Positions 9,899 to 19,140 of a DNA stretch of 64,000 nucleotides are shown in pieces. Origin of the DNA: a virus; the IMG/VR virus record IMGVR_UViG_3300028840_000888, positions 9,775-73,774 of that record; one strand, given 5' to 3'. The notes beneath the pieces were generated by a model. The model saw nothing but the letters and a program-made list of their open reading frames with translations. It was not told the origin of the DNA and made no database searches. Every line of letters begins with the position of its first letter. The stretch's first letter is position 1. The position numbers were made by a program, and so were the translations under genes.

Positions 9899-10263
9899 TA
9901 TACTGCGCTCCTTACCCGGTTAATCGTGGGCATGTAGTCGCCTTCTGCCGGTGTGCCGTTGGTGAGAAGCGTTTGAATCTGTGAAATAAGATTGAGCGCA
10001 TTGAACATATCATCGGCAGTAAAACCGAGCGCACTCACATCACCATCAGTAAAGGCGTCAGCCTGCCCTTGTCCATATTCCTTCGCATTGACTACATCCA
10101 AAGTATCATCCAGTGAACCAAGTCGCGTTACGAGTGTCTGTACATCTCCTGCCAAAGCCGCTTTATTCAACATCGCATAAGCCTCCTTTTGTGTTAGGTT
10201 AGTAAATTTTTGAATCCCATCGAAATATATCCATGATCCGTTGCTTGCCTGGTATACTTTCAT
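9898..10263 (-). CDS. Hypothetical tail-region protein
   Basis: GAGG RBS, coupled ORF. Confidence 0.6.
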   Translation of the reverse strand: MKVYQASNGSWIYFDGIQKFTNLTQKEAYAMLNKAALAGDVQTLVTRLGSLDDTLDVVNAKEYGQGQADAFTDGDVSALGFTADDMFNALNLISQIQTLLTNGTPAEGDYMPTINRVRSAV

Positions 10264-10271
10264 GTTGCCTC

Positions 10272-12602
10272 CTATGGTTCCGTGGCGAGTATTTGTACCG
10301 CGCCCGTGTTAAAACGCACGGCCAATTGCGTCTTACCTGCTCCATTATCAACAGCGTATAGTATGGCGCCATTAGCCGCCGGTGCGCCAGGAGCGGTCAT
10401 TTCAGCGAATGTCATGGCGCCTGCACCTATATCTATTCGTGATGCTGGCGCAGCAACGCTAAAACCAACCTGTCCGCTAGTGTCAAGATGCACTTGATCT
10501 GCGTTTCCACTTGTAAAAATCACTATCGGGCGCAGTGTACCCGTTCCCGTTGCTGCGGTATATAATTGGTATTCGCTGTCGCCTTCGTCCCATCCGAACG
10601 CGCCGCGTTCGCTGTTGGTTAGGTCGTCCGGATCACCAACACCCCATGCCTGAAATCCTACATCGTCTGTACCGTCCCCATCGGATGTGTATAGCTCGAG
10701 TTGTGTGCGCTTTGCTGATATATTATTCATTATGTAAATGCCGCCCAGTGTACCACGCGCACCCAGGCCGTAATCTACATTGCTCGAATCAAAGATAAAT
10801 CTTGCTGTATTGTCATTGTAGAAAATAACGAAATTTTCTGTATTCGCAGTAAACACGGTATCATAGGAGCGGAACCACAAATTTTCCCATACAGTGCCGT
10901 CACGGTCAAATGATTGGAAAATTGAAGCGCCCGGACCGCCTGTATTAGAGTTATTCACTGGGTCAGCATCGGTTCCAAAGCGTATCTCGAATCCGACATC
11001 CGCTGTCGGATATACGAAACTGGCGTCATTTGTTCCCGTAACTCTGAAAATGCCGGCTTTTACCTCAAGCAGTGCTTCGGGCGTATTTGTGTTTATTCCC
11101 ACATTTGAACTCATGATATATGAAAAATCTGTCGCACCGCTGCTATTAAAGCCCATGCGCGCAGTTGCCGCGCCATTCCCTATGTATCCAGCATCAGGCA
11201 GGGCAATGGTATTATCTGCGGCAATCGGCGCAACGCCTATACCAAGACGCGCTAGTCGTAGATCACCATTCGCGCCGGATTGTAGCGGCGTTGACACATT
11301 GGTCTGTCCATCTGCTGTTGTGGGGCCTAAGAGTTGCCATACTGCGGCGGTAGCAGTGTCATCAGTGCAGATGAAGTACTCACCGCTGGTCGTGTTCAGC
11401 CAGAAATAGCCGGTCAGGAATACACCATTTCCGCCGCTATTAGCTATGTCGTCATTGGCATCCGGGTCGCCCGCATCCTCGAAGACAATGGGCTGGAAGC
11501 CTACATGCCCGGATGGGGAAAAGGCCAGGTCGCCAAGCTGCGCATGGCTTCCGGGGCTCCCGGTGCTTGAGAATTTGAAGCCGCGAAAGTCCACGTAGTT
11601 GTCGCCCTCGTCGGTAGTGCGTACACGACAATTGGGCGTATTTGCGTACCCGCCATTCGTCTGGTAGATCACACTCCCGATAGGCGTAAACTCTGCTCCA
11701 GGTAAACCCGCGGTTACAATTGCGTTAATTTCCGTCGCTGCCCCTTCACGGGCTGCGTTGATATTGGTATACTCGACCTCACCCTGTACTGCAATGACTG
11801 GCTGATCCGGGTCGGTGGTAGCAAAGTAATGCATGAGAATGAAGTCGTTATTCGTACTCACCTCAGTCAGCACCCAATTGCCACCGCTGAACTCATTGAA
11901 TGGTACACGACCATTTGCCCCCACATAGCCCGATCCGTCCCCGGAATAGATCATGGGGAAGTTGTTAGCTGTGCGCCGCCGCCATACGCCGGTCGCGCCG
12001 GATTTGTAGAATACCGAAATCTGCGCCGGGGCGGTGTCGGCTACGTTGTCCGATTCAATGTCCTCGTCGCGGATCTGCCCGGCGGTGTAGCCGAACTGCG
12101 CATGAGTTTCCAGGCTGCCGTCACCGATTGTAAAGCCGTCCAGGGCCAGGCCCGTTACCCATTGCGTACCCAGTACCAGGTGCAGGTGTGCATGAGTCTC
12201 GGCACTCATTACGCGCCCGTGACGTTCATCGGCTACTAGTAGGGCGGCGTTATTGTCAGCATCCCAGTACACAATGGATACGAGTGCTTGTATGTAAATG
12301 AAGTCAATATCAAATACGGCAGTCTCTTGTAGTACGGCATCTTCATCGTAATAGATGTAATGCAGACCCTCAACGTCTGAGATGGTCACCGTTTCGGCTG
12401 CAGCCTTCGTCACCTCGCGGCCCTGATACCAGTAGGTAAAGGATGCGCCTACCGGCGCGATGGTGAAGACATTGCCGGCCACGCTGATAGTTGAGTCTGT
12501 GCGGTCGCGCGGAAAGCCGGTCAGGTCGGGCAGTGTGCGCCCGATAAAGCGCCTAACTGATTTGTTGGGCGGGTTGCCTATCAAGCTCATTTTATTCTGC
12601 AT
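10272..12602 (-). CDS. Tail fibre/receptor-binding protein
   Basis: Gly/Asn/Thr-rich; repeated VGI..P...L fibre motifs; GGAGG RBS before 12602. Confidence 0.7.
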   Translation of the reverse strand: MQNKMSLIGNPPNKSVRRFIGRTLPDLTGFPRDRTDSTISVAGNVFTIAPVGASFTYWYQGREVTKAAAETVTISDVEGLHYIYYDEDAVLQETAVFDIDFIYIQALVSIVYWDADNNAALLVADERHGRVMSAETHAHLHLVLGTQWVTGLALDGFTIGDGSLETHAQFGYTAGQIRDEDIESDNVADTAPAQISVFYKSGATGVWRRRTANNFPMIYSGDGSGYVGANGRVPFNEFSGGNWVLTEVSTNNDFILMHYFATTDPDQPVIAVQGEVEYTNINAAREGAATEINAIVTAGLPGAEFTPIGSVIYQTNGGYANTPNCRVRTTDEGDNYVDFRGFKFSSTGSPGSHAQLGDLAFSPSGHVGFQPIVFEDAGDPDANDDIANSGGNGVFLTGYFWLNTTSGEYFICTDDTATAAVWQLLGPTTADGQTNVSTPLQSGANGDLRLARLGIGVAPIAADNTIALPDAGYIGNGAATARMGFNSSGATDFSYIMSSNVGINTNTPEALLEVKAGIFRVTGTNDASFVYPTADVGFEIRFGTDADPVNNSNTGGPGASIFQSFDRDGTVWENLWFRSYDTVFTANTENFVIFYNDNTARFIFDSSNVDYGLGARGTLGGIYIMNNISAKRTQLELYTSDGDGTDDVGFQAWGVGDPDDLTNSERGAFGWDEGDSEYQLYTAATGTGTLRPIVIFTSGNADQVHLDTSGQVGFSVAAPASRIDIGAGAMTFAEMTAPGAPAANGAILYAVDNGAGKTQLAVRFNTGAVQILATEP

Positions 12603-12610
12603 GATACCTC

Positions 12611-13084
12611 CTATAGTGAGGCGCGTAGCGGCCACACGATAATAATACTATTGGTGGCGGTCTCACGGATGAAGCGGGCTGCGGTTGCCATGTCTACTGT
12701 CCATAATGTTTCGTCACCATCTTCAAGCAGCACGAAGTTACCGCCCGCCGTCGGGTTCGTGCCGTCAATCGTTACGCGGCAATCAGCCGTCTGCACCTGC
12801 AACTGCACATGCGTTGTGTTCGCGGGCAGAGCGGCCATGATAGTGATGGCATTGGTGACGGTGACAACCTGCTGTAAGCCGTTGGGCACATAGACGGAAG
12901 TGTCAACGTGTTGCGGAGTAGTCGCGCCGCCGCCGAGGGCCGCGAGGATGTTTTGTAGGGCCGTTAGTCCATCACCGCCGAGTCCGCGCACAATCGCATA
13001 GGTGTTGCCGCTTAGCAATTCGTAGCGTGTCGCGGCGTTGGCATTTACATTCTCAATACTGGTATTGTTCCTAATGTCTGGCAT
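12611..13084 (-). CDS. Putative virion structural protein
   Basis: DGTNPT motif, beta-rich; GGAGG RBS. Confidence 0.5.
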   Translation of the reverse strand: MPDIRNNTSIENVNANAATRYELLSGNTYAIVRGLGGDGLTALQNILAALGGGATTPQHVDTSVYVPNGLQQVVTVTNAITIMAALPANTTHVQLQVQTADCRVTIDGTNPTAGGNFVLLEDGDETLWTVDMATAARFIRETATNSIIIVWPLRASL

Positions 13085-13871
13085 GTTTTCCCTCCCATGT
13101 CCGCTCATCATTTAGAAAACGGGCATACTTAGTATTTGAAATTACCTTACTAAATTCTTTGTAGTTAGACAACCACGCACTCAACGGGTGACTATGCACG
13201 CGCTTTAGGTCGCACTTGAGTACCAACCGGCGCACGCCCAAGAAGTCGCATGTCTTCTCGGATGCCGACCTCTTCATGCGCGCAACTGTAGGGCCTTCGC
13301 CGCCAACCATTTCGCCATAGGTCATGTGTAACACCTCAAGCCCGGATAATGCGAGGGCTTTGGCATAACGATCCTGGCGATTATCAAGCCACTGCATCAT
13401 TTTGACAACGGCCTTCGGATTAACTTCTGTGGGCGTGATTGTGAGCTTGTGTTTAGTGGTATGCACCGGGTAGTAGGGGGCCTTGCCCTTGCGCACGATC
13501 TGATTGAAGACAATACTCGTGGCCTGGCGTAGTTTGTTGTCACGGGTAAGGTGGATGATGCGTGCCGGCGGCTGCATCTCCCTGATTCGCGCCCAAGCGT
13601 GTTGTTCAAAGAACTGGGTATACACGAGTTTGATCCCGCTGGCATGATAGCCCTCCTGGTGGCAAAGCATGTCGATAAGCTGTGGAACAGGTAACTTGCG
13701 GGCATAGCGTCGCCACACGCTGGCATGGTGCACAGTCTCGGCGCGGTCACAATACACCTGCGGGTGATTGCTGAGACAGTGTGACAGGTAGGTTCCGCCG
13801 GCGCGCCGTTGCGCGCAAATCACGAATGGTTGTGCAAGGTACTTGGTATCGTCATTGTCAACTTTCGGCAT
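13071..13871 (-). CDS. Stf0-like sulfotransferase
   Basis: 5'-PSB-like QRRAGGTYL..CLSNHP, GIKL, IIHLTRDN.LRQATS, YGEM; GGAGG RBS before 13871. Confidence 0.8.
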   Translation of the reverse strand: MPKVDNDDTKYLAQPFVICAQRRAGGTYLSHCLSNHPQVYCDRAETVHHASVWRRYARKLPVPQLIDMLCHQEGYHASGIKLVYTQFFEQHAWARIREMQPPARIIHLTRDNKLRQATSIVFNQIVRKGKAPYYPVHTTKHKLTITPTEVNPKAVVKMMQWLDNRQDRYAKALALSGLEVLHMTYGEMVGGEGPTVARMKRSASEKTCDFLGVRRLVLKCDLKRVHSHPLSAWLSNYKEFSKVISNTKYARFLNDERTWEGKHARH

Positions 13872-14346
13872 GGTCTTCCTCCTCCGGTGGGCGCTTGATG
13901 AGCTTGAAAATAATGCTGGTACGCGCCTCGCTTGAGTAGCGTTTTTCGATGATCTTCCATTTGAAGGGCGTATAGAAGTCGTACTGCTGTCCGCGCTTGG
14001 TATCCGGGTCAAGCTGATCCATTAGCTGCAAGGACGCAAACCAGCGATGTGTCATATCGGCATGTGATATTTCGGCGTTCCAGTAGGGCAGCTTGATCCA
14101 CGCGAGGCCGCCCGGCTTGGTGATGCGCCACACCTCGGCCATAATTGCCAGTCGGTCAATGTGTAGGTGCTCAAGTACTGATGATGCGATGACGGTATCA
14201 AACTCTTCGTCTTCCCAGGGCCACGGCAGTACATTTAGATCATGCGCCACATCCACATGCGGCGCGTGCTTGAATAGGTCATGATTCACTGCGCCGTCAC
14301 GCGGCTTCTTTCCACATCCTAAAACTAAAATTCTTGCATCATCCAT
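13858..14346 (-). CDS. Class I SAM methyltransferase (Methyltransf_11-like)
   Basis: LVLGCG, DL..LPWPW.D..FD, VLEHL, EVWRITKPGG. Confidence 0.85.
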   Translation of the reverse strand: MDDARILVLGCGKKPRDGAVNHDLFKHAPHVDVAHDLNVLPWPWEDEEFDTVIASSVLEHLHIDRLAIMAEVWRITKPGGLAWIKLPYWNAEISHADMTHRWFASLQLMDQLDPDTKRGQQYDFYTPFKWKIIEKRYSSEARTSIIFKLIKRPPEEEDHAES

Positions 14347-14349
14347 AGC

Positions 14350-16032
14350 TTACCCCTTCAAATTGACGCGTCCATCTTCAAAATGCGTGCGTGACATCGG
14401 TATTACCTTATCCCATGCGCGTGGATCACATAGCCCGTCCGGTGCGCTTATCTGCCCACGCCAGCGCCGTCCACGCATCGGGAAGTGGAGTATACCGGCG
14501 GTGCCTTTGCGCCCCGGCGGGTACTCCTCACCCTTCGCCGTGATGAGCGTGTTCCATTCATTGCCAAGCCAAAAGATGCGCAATGGCTCCGTATACATGG
14601 CGCGCATCCATGCGCCCTGGTCGCGGCCCTTGTTAATGCTCCACTCGTCAAGCCAACGCTTGAAAAATGACTTTGTGCGCGCGCACCTACGAAAGGCCCA
14701 CACGCCGCCGTTGATCTGTAGGGCCTCAGTTGTACCGAGCATGTTTATGGTGCGGTGGTATTCGGGCTTGTTATTGCGCCGCTCAAAGCTCTTCATTGTG
14801 TCATGCAGATGTGGGTCTTTGCAGATCACGTACTCCCAACCATCACGGAGTAGCTTGAAGAAGAACTCCACATTTGCCACGACTTCCGTGTCAGCGTCCA
14901 TGTATAGAATGTACTCCCAGGTCTTGGGAGCGAGATCATAGATACTGAGCTTGGCAATGCGCCCGCCAATGTCCTTGTCCGGAGCCTTGACGAAAATATG
15001 CTCAGGCCCTAGTCGTTTATCACTTACCAAAGCAACTGGAATATTCGGCATGTGCTGGCGGATCATCGGGATACAGATTTTGGCGCAATATCGTGACTGT
15101 TCACCGAAGGCCACCATATAGATACCCTGTTTACCATCGCGGTCGGGTAGCGCAGTGATGGCCGGCTTATCATATATCCAGTGCTCGAAGGTGCGCGCAA
15201 TGCCAGATGTCCATGCCTTGACGCCGTGCGGCTTGGTTGCAGCACGCAGGGCCTCGCGGTCGATGCTATCACGTTCCTGTATGGCCCGGTCAACGGCGCG
15301 TTTCATTGCCGCAACATTGCCGCGTGGATACTTGTAGATACCGGGCATGTCTGGCAGGTCGGGATGTATGCCGACTTCTGCCGGAATGACTACCGGCACA
15401 CCGCAGGCCATAGCCTCAAGCGTGGACATTGGGCCGCCCTCAACCAGGGATGTGTTGAGGAAAATATCAAGGCTCTGGAAGAAGCCCGGCATGTCTTTCC
15501 ACTTATACATAGTGGTGGGGATGGGCCAGCCGCGCCCGGCGGCTTTCCATTCTACAGGTAGATTGTGCTTCAGCAACTGGTCGAGCAACCCCTCTCCCTT
15601 GCGCCCGCTCTTGTAGCGGTATCCGGCCACGCCAATGACGGGACGCGAGCGGCGCGGATGTTCCTTGATTTTGAAAAAGTCCAGCTCTAAAGGCAACGGT
15701 AGCACAATGCCTTTCCCGAACTGCTTAAGGTGCGGAAGCTGGCGTGCGTTCATGGCAATACGCCAGGTTGAGGCTTTGGCGGCAGCATCATAAAGGTTGC
15801 GCTTGGCGGATCCGTTATCGCCTTCCTCATAGTGCGTCAAGTAGGCCACGGTCGGCGTTTTGTCAAATCCGCGATGCTTGCCATACTCGAAATAGCCAAG
15901 CCAGAAATTGATGTCTGCACCGGGGTCAGGGTCGGCGCTCACTGTCCACTGATGCGCCTCTACCAGGTGGCGCGCAAAGCGCGGAATCACCCGGTCATCT
16001 CGCCAGTTGCGGCATATTATATGTGTTCTCAT
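14350..16032 (-). CDS. Two-domain glycosyltransferase (GT4-type GT-B plus GT-A)
   Basis: N-half S..EGGPMSTLEAMACGVPV; C-half YILYMDAD, NGGV, DQGA, NEWN, ILHF. Confidence 0.88.
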   Translation of the reverse strand: MRTHIICRNWRDDRVIPRFARHLVEAHQWTVSADPDPGADINFWLGYFEYGKHRGFDKTPTVAYLTHYEEGDNGSAKRNLYDAAAKASTWRIAMNARQLPHLKQFGKGIVLPLPLELDFFKIKEHPRRSRPVIGVAGYRYKSGRKGEGLLDQLLKHNLPVEWKAAGRGWPIPTTMYKWKDMPGFFQSLDIFLNTSLVEGGPMSTLEAMACGVPVVIPAEVGIHPDLPDMPGIYKYPRGNVAAMKRAVDRAIQERDSIDREALRAATKPHGVKAWTSGIARTFEHWIYDKPAITALPDRDGKQGIYMVAFGEQSRYCAKICIPMIRQHMPNIPVALVSDKRLGPEHIFVKAPDKDIGGRIAKLSIYDLAPKTWEYILYMDADTEVVANVEFFFKLLRDGWEYVICKDPHLHDTMKSFERRNNKPEYHRTINMLGTTEALQINGGVWAFRRCARTKSFFKRWLDEWSINKGRDQGAWMRAMYTEPLRIFWLGNEWNTLITAKGEEYPPGRKGTAGILHFPMRGRRWRGQISAPDGLCDPRAWDKVIPMSRTHFEDGRVNLKG

Positions 16033-16646
16033 TACCTCGCCTTCCCGAAGTCGTGCCTGATGACTTCGCCGTCCATATCATTGTACGGATACCCTAGCAG
16101 CCACACATGCGGCTGTACAATCTCAATCGCCCTCACAAGCGCTGCCTGATCCTGCTTTCTCCACCGTGACCACTGCTTACGCCATTCTGAGAATAGTCGC
16201 TCCGTGGTCTCGTTGCGCTTCCAATACACCACGCCTGCCTGGAATTGCAAGGGTGGGAATAGCCCGACCTCTTCACAGGTCATGGCGCGCTCTTGGTTCT
16301 CGATGTGGGCAAAGGCTGCGTTGCTCTGATTGCGGCTATAGGTAAGGGCGATGTCAAAGCCATTACGCAGAGCATCAAATGGCCCGTCGATGTCTTTCCT
16401 TGCCACGGTGTCAGCGTCCATATATAATGTTTCGTCAAAGTCTGTGAGCAGGTCTTGGTTAAGTTTCGCATCCCTTACTCCAAATGAATTATCTTTGTAA
16501 AATATTGAATGAGTGCCTTTTATGTTCAGTGATTCGGTTATGATCGTGATATGTAGGTCACAAACTGCGCGGATACTATCCACGCACGCTTTAGCTGCCT
16601 GGTGTGCCTTGACGCCATAGGCTACAATCACGATACCTCTGTTCAT
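16032..16646 (-). CDS. GT-A (GT8-like) glycosyltransferase
   Basis: TLYMDADT DxD motif, QAGVVYW, DQAAL, YN, IRH; ATGA coupling. Confidence 0.82.
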   Translation of the reverse strand: MNRGIVIVAYGVKAHQAAKACVDSIRAVCDLHITIITESLNIKGTHSIFYKDNSFGVRDAKLNQDLLTDFDETLYMDADTVARKDIDGPFDALRNGFDIALTYSRNQSNAAFAHIENQERAMTCEEVGLFPPLQFQAGVVYWKRNETTERLFSEWRKQWSRWRKQDQAALVRAIEIVQPHVWLLGYPYNDMDGEVIRHDFGKAR

Positions 16647-17287
16647 TGCATCCACGTAATAGGCAAAGCGCACATGGTCGGCTTCGCCTTGTAGAGTGCG
16701 CGCATAAAGGCGTGTTGTGGATCACCTCCCTCCTGTTGCCAATGGCGTATGAGTTTTTGGGTATCATCACAGCGTCGAATGAACACGGCGCGCACATCAT
16801 AGACAGGGAAGCGTAGGTCATGAATAAGCGCATCGGTCGTGGCCTTGTCCTTTGCGGAGCCAATATCACGCGCCAGGATACTATAGCGCCAGAGCGGAGC
16901 CGCCACTTGCCAGCCACGGTTGAGACGGTGGAAGCCCACGGAAACTAGCTGCGGCTTGATCGTAGAGTTTCCCGCCATGATCAAAGTGCGCGGCCAAGCA
17001 AGTTCTCGCTTGCCGACCTTTACCTCAAGGTCAGGATATTGGCTAGTTAGTTTGGCGCGCAATGTCTCACTATCGCTGGTCAAGATCACACCACAGTGAT
17101 CTAAGGCGAAGGCTTGACGGCGGTATTCAGGTGTTACGTAGGGTGAAAGCCTAGCGTCGCCGGAGGCGATTAACTGCTGCGCACGTTGGCGTCCTACTGA
17201 AAACCAATCGCCGGGGCGATTGATGACTATCTGCCCGTGTTTATCGGTCGTATGTACGATGTGCTTCGCTACAAGCTGTATGGGCAT
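16643..17287 (-). CDS. Degenerate GT-A paralogue with small N-terminal domain
   Basis: C-terminal part aligns by eye with neighbouring GT-A domains but has IMAGN in place of YMDAD. Confidence 0.6.
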   Translation of the reverse strand: MPIQLVAKHIVHTTDKHGQIVINRPGDWFSVGRQRAQQLIASGDARLSPYVTPEYRRQAFALDHCGVILTSDSETLRAKLTSQYPDLEVKVGKRELAWPRTLIMAGNSTIKPQLVSVGFHRLNRGWQVAAPLWRYSILARDIGSAKDKATTDALIHDLRFPVYDVRAVFIRRCDDTQKLIRHWQQEGGDPQHAFMRALYKAKPTMCALPITWMQ

Positions 17288-17302
17288 GTAAAGCTCCTGT
17301 GT

Positions 17303-17331
17303 GGGCGCGCCGTCATGACGACGGCGCGCCC
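17303..17331. promoter_or_regulatory. 12-bp GC-rich hairpin without U-tract
   Basis: GGGCGCGCCGTC-ATGAC-GACGGCGCGCCC between head gene and GT cluster. Confidence 0.55.
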
Positions 17332-17341
17332 AATATGTGAG

Positions 17342-17770
17342 TTAGTCCACAACGCTGTCAAGGTTTGTGGTATTGACCGCCATGTGGCGCGGAACAAGGC
17401 CCCAAATCTGCACAACGTAGGTCTCGCCCTGTCCTGCGGGGGTAGTTTCGATATTGATGGCATCGAAGCCGCCGTCAACGTCAAACTCCTCGCCGCGAAT
17501 CTCGATAATCGTGGGGTTAGTGTCAGCGGCTTGGACGGTGGTGTCCTTGCCACCGGCATCAAAAGTCTTTGCCCCGGTTCCGGCGGCATCCGTTGCCTGC
17601 TCCACGTCCACGTCAATGTCACCGGTAAGGGTGACGGGCGTGATAATGACGACAAGACGGTGGAAGCGAGTTGAAAGGACATAGCCGGTGTTGTTCTCAA
17701 CGGCGCTGGCTACCACAACATCATTAGCCAGTAATTCTGCTTGTTCAGTAAAACGTGCGGTGTAATCCAT
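17342..17770 (-). CDS. Head decoration/capsid-associated protein
   Basis: Directly after capsid; VEQATDAAGTGAK motif. Confidence 0.6.
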   Translation of the reverse strand: MDYTARFTEQAELLANDVVVASAVENNTGYVLSTRFHRLVVIITPVTLTGDIDVDVEQATDAAGTGAKTFDAGGKDTTVQAADTNPTIIEIRGEEFDVDGGFDAINIETTPAGQGETYVVQIWGLVPRHMAVNTTNLDSVVD

Positions 17771-17784
17771 GATTATCCTCCTCC

Positions 17785-19128
17785 TTAGCTGCCACTCACG
17801 GCACCCAAGATGACGAACGGGCTAACCTGAGTCGTCCCGTCCTGATACGTCAGCGGTGCGCTCATCCAGGGCTGACCATCTACGCGATACACCATGCGGA
17901 AGCTCGTTTGATCGTGGCGGAAAAGCTCAATATCGGTACTGCGGAAGGTGACTTCCTGGCGCTGTCCGATCACGTACTTGCTCCAATCTGCCAGCAAGAT
18001 ACTGCCTTGCGTTCCGGGTAGCGGTAGCTTTTCTTCCCAAATGATCGGATAGCCGAACAAGGTCGAAGGCACGCCCTCGCGGGCGTTCGGGATGAAGACG
18101 TAGGAGGGGTTGGCAGCCGGGCCATTGAGTTGGATCAGGTTCGCCATGTGCTGGCGGTTGATGTGCCATACGGGGCTACGGCCCTGGAAGGCCATGAGCA
18201 TGTTGGCAAGGTCGCCAACGGAGAGGTTGGCGGCTGCCTGGGCCACAACGAGCGTGGGCTGGTTCACGGCAGTAATGACGCCGAGCGGTTGCCCGGTGCC
18301 GGTGCCTTGCAGGTAGGCGAGTTCAGAGTACCAGCGGATCGCCCCGGCGAAGCCCATCTCAGACTGTAGCCAAGTATCCAGGCTGATTACGGCATCTTCC
18401 AAAAGTTCATCAGAACTAATCGAGTAGCACACGAGCTTGTGTGCCACGAGCTGCATCTGTTTGAACTGCGGCGTGCTTTCATTTTTATTACTAGCTTCTT
18501 CCGTCCATGATGCAGTCATCCCGCCGAACCATGCCGGAGTCCCGGCGGTCGTGTTGGTCTGGTCAAGCACCGGAATGCGCAGAGCGCGCCGACGCATGGG
18601 AATGACCATTGCACGGGTGGCAATGGGCTGCGCGATAGGATCAAGGGCCAGCAGTTGATCGCGGTATTCGGTCGGGACAAGGAAACCACCATCGGCCCCC
18701 ACATTTTCCACGAGCGCCTTGTTCTCCCATTGGCCGTCAACGCCGCCAGACGGCGCGCTTTCACTGTACAGCTTTGAAGCGGGCTCACTCCGATCTTGCC
18801 AATCGTGTAGGCGCGCATCAACATGAAAGCGGTGCTTTGAGCTTCCGGCGACATGCACGTGATAGGCGAAGTCGCCCAGGTTCCTGAATCCACCAGGCGC
18901 GACGGGTGCAGGCTGCCGGTTAGTCTCGGCCTCGATGTTTTTGAGCTCCTTCTGTGCATCGGTCAGAAGCTCTAACTGTGCAGCCTGGTTGCCGTAGGTC
19001 TGCGCCTCGGCATACAACTCCTCAGAGCGCTTGATGTCTTCGGGCGTTGCCTGGTCGCTACTGACCAGGGCCAGGGCCTCGTTAACGCACTGAGTACGCT
19101 TCTCTTGAAGTTCTCGAATTTTAGACAT
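17785..19128 (-). CDS. Major capsid protein (HK97 fold)
   Basis: N-terminal coiled coil, GGFLVP, S.ELL.D, GTG.GQPLG, TLFGYPI, R.DG. Confidence 0.93.
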   Translation of the reverse strand: MSKIRELQEKRTQCVNEALALVSSDQATPEDIKRSEELYAEAQTYGNQAAQLELLTDAQKELKNIEAETNRQPAPVAPGGFRNLGDFAYHVHVAGSSKHRFHVDARLHDWQDRSEPASKLYSESAPSGGVDGQWENKALVENVGADGGFLVPTEYRDQLLALDPIAQPIATRAMVIPMRRRALRIPVLDQTNTTAGTPAWFGGMTASWTEEASNKNESTPQFKQMQLVAHKLVCYSISSDELLEDAVISLDTWLQSEMGFAGAIRWYSELAYLQGTGTGQPLGVITAVNQPTLVVAQAAANLSVGDLANMLMAFQGRSPVWHINRQHMANLIQLNGPAANPSYVFIPNAREGVPSTLFGYPIIWEEKLPLPGTQGSILLADWSKYVIGQRQEVTFRSTDIELFRHDQTSFRMVYRVDGQPWMSAPLTYQDGTTQVSPFVILGAVSGS

Positions 19129-19140
19129 GATTGTCCTCCA

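Noticed and set aside
5098-12602. Diversity-generating retroelement targeting tail fibre
   Set aside because: No reverse transcriptase and no template/variable repeat pair seen
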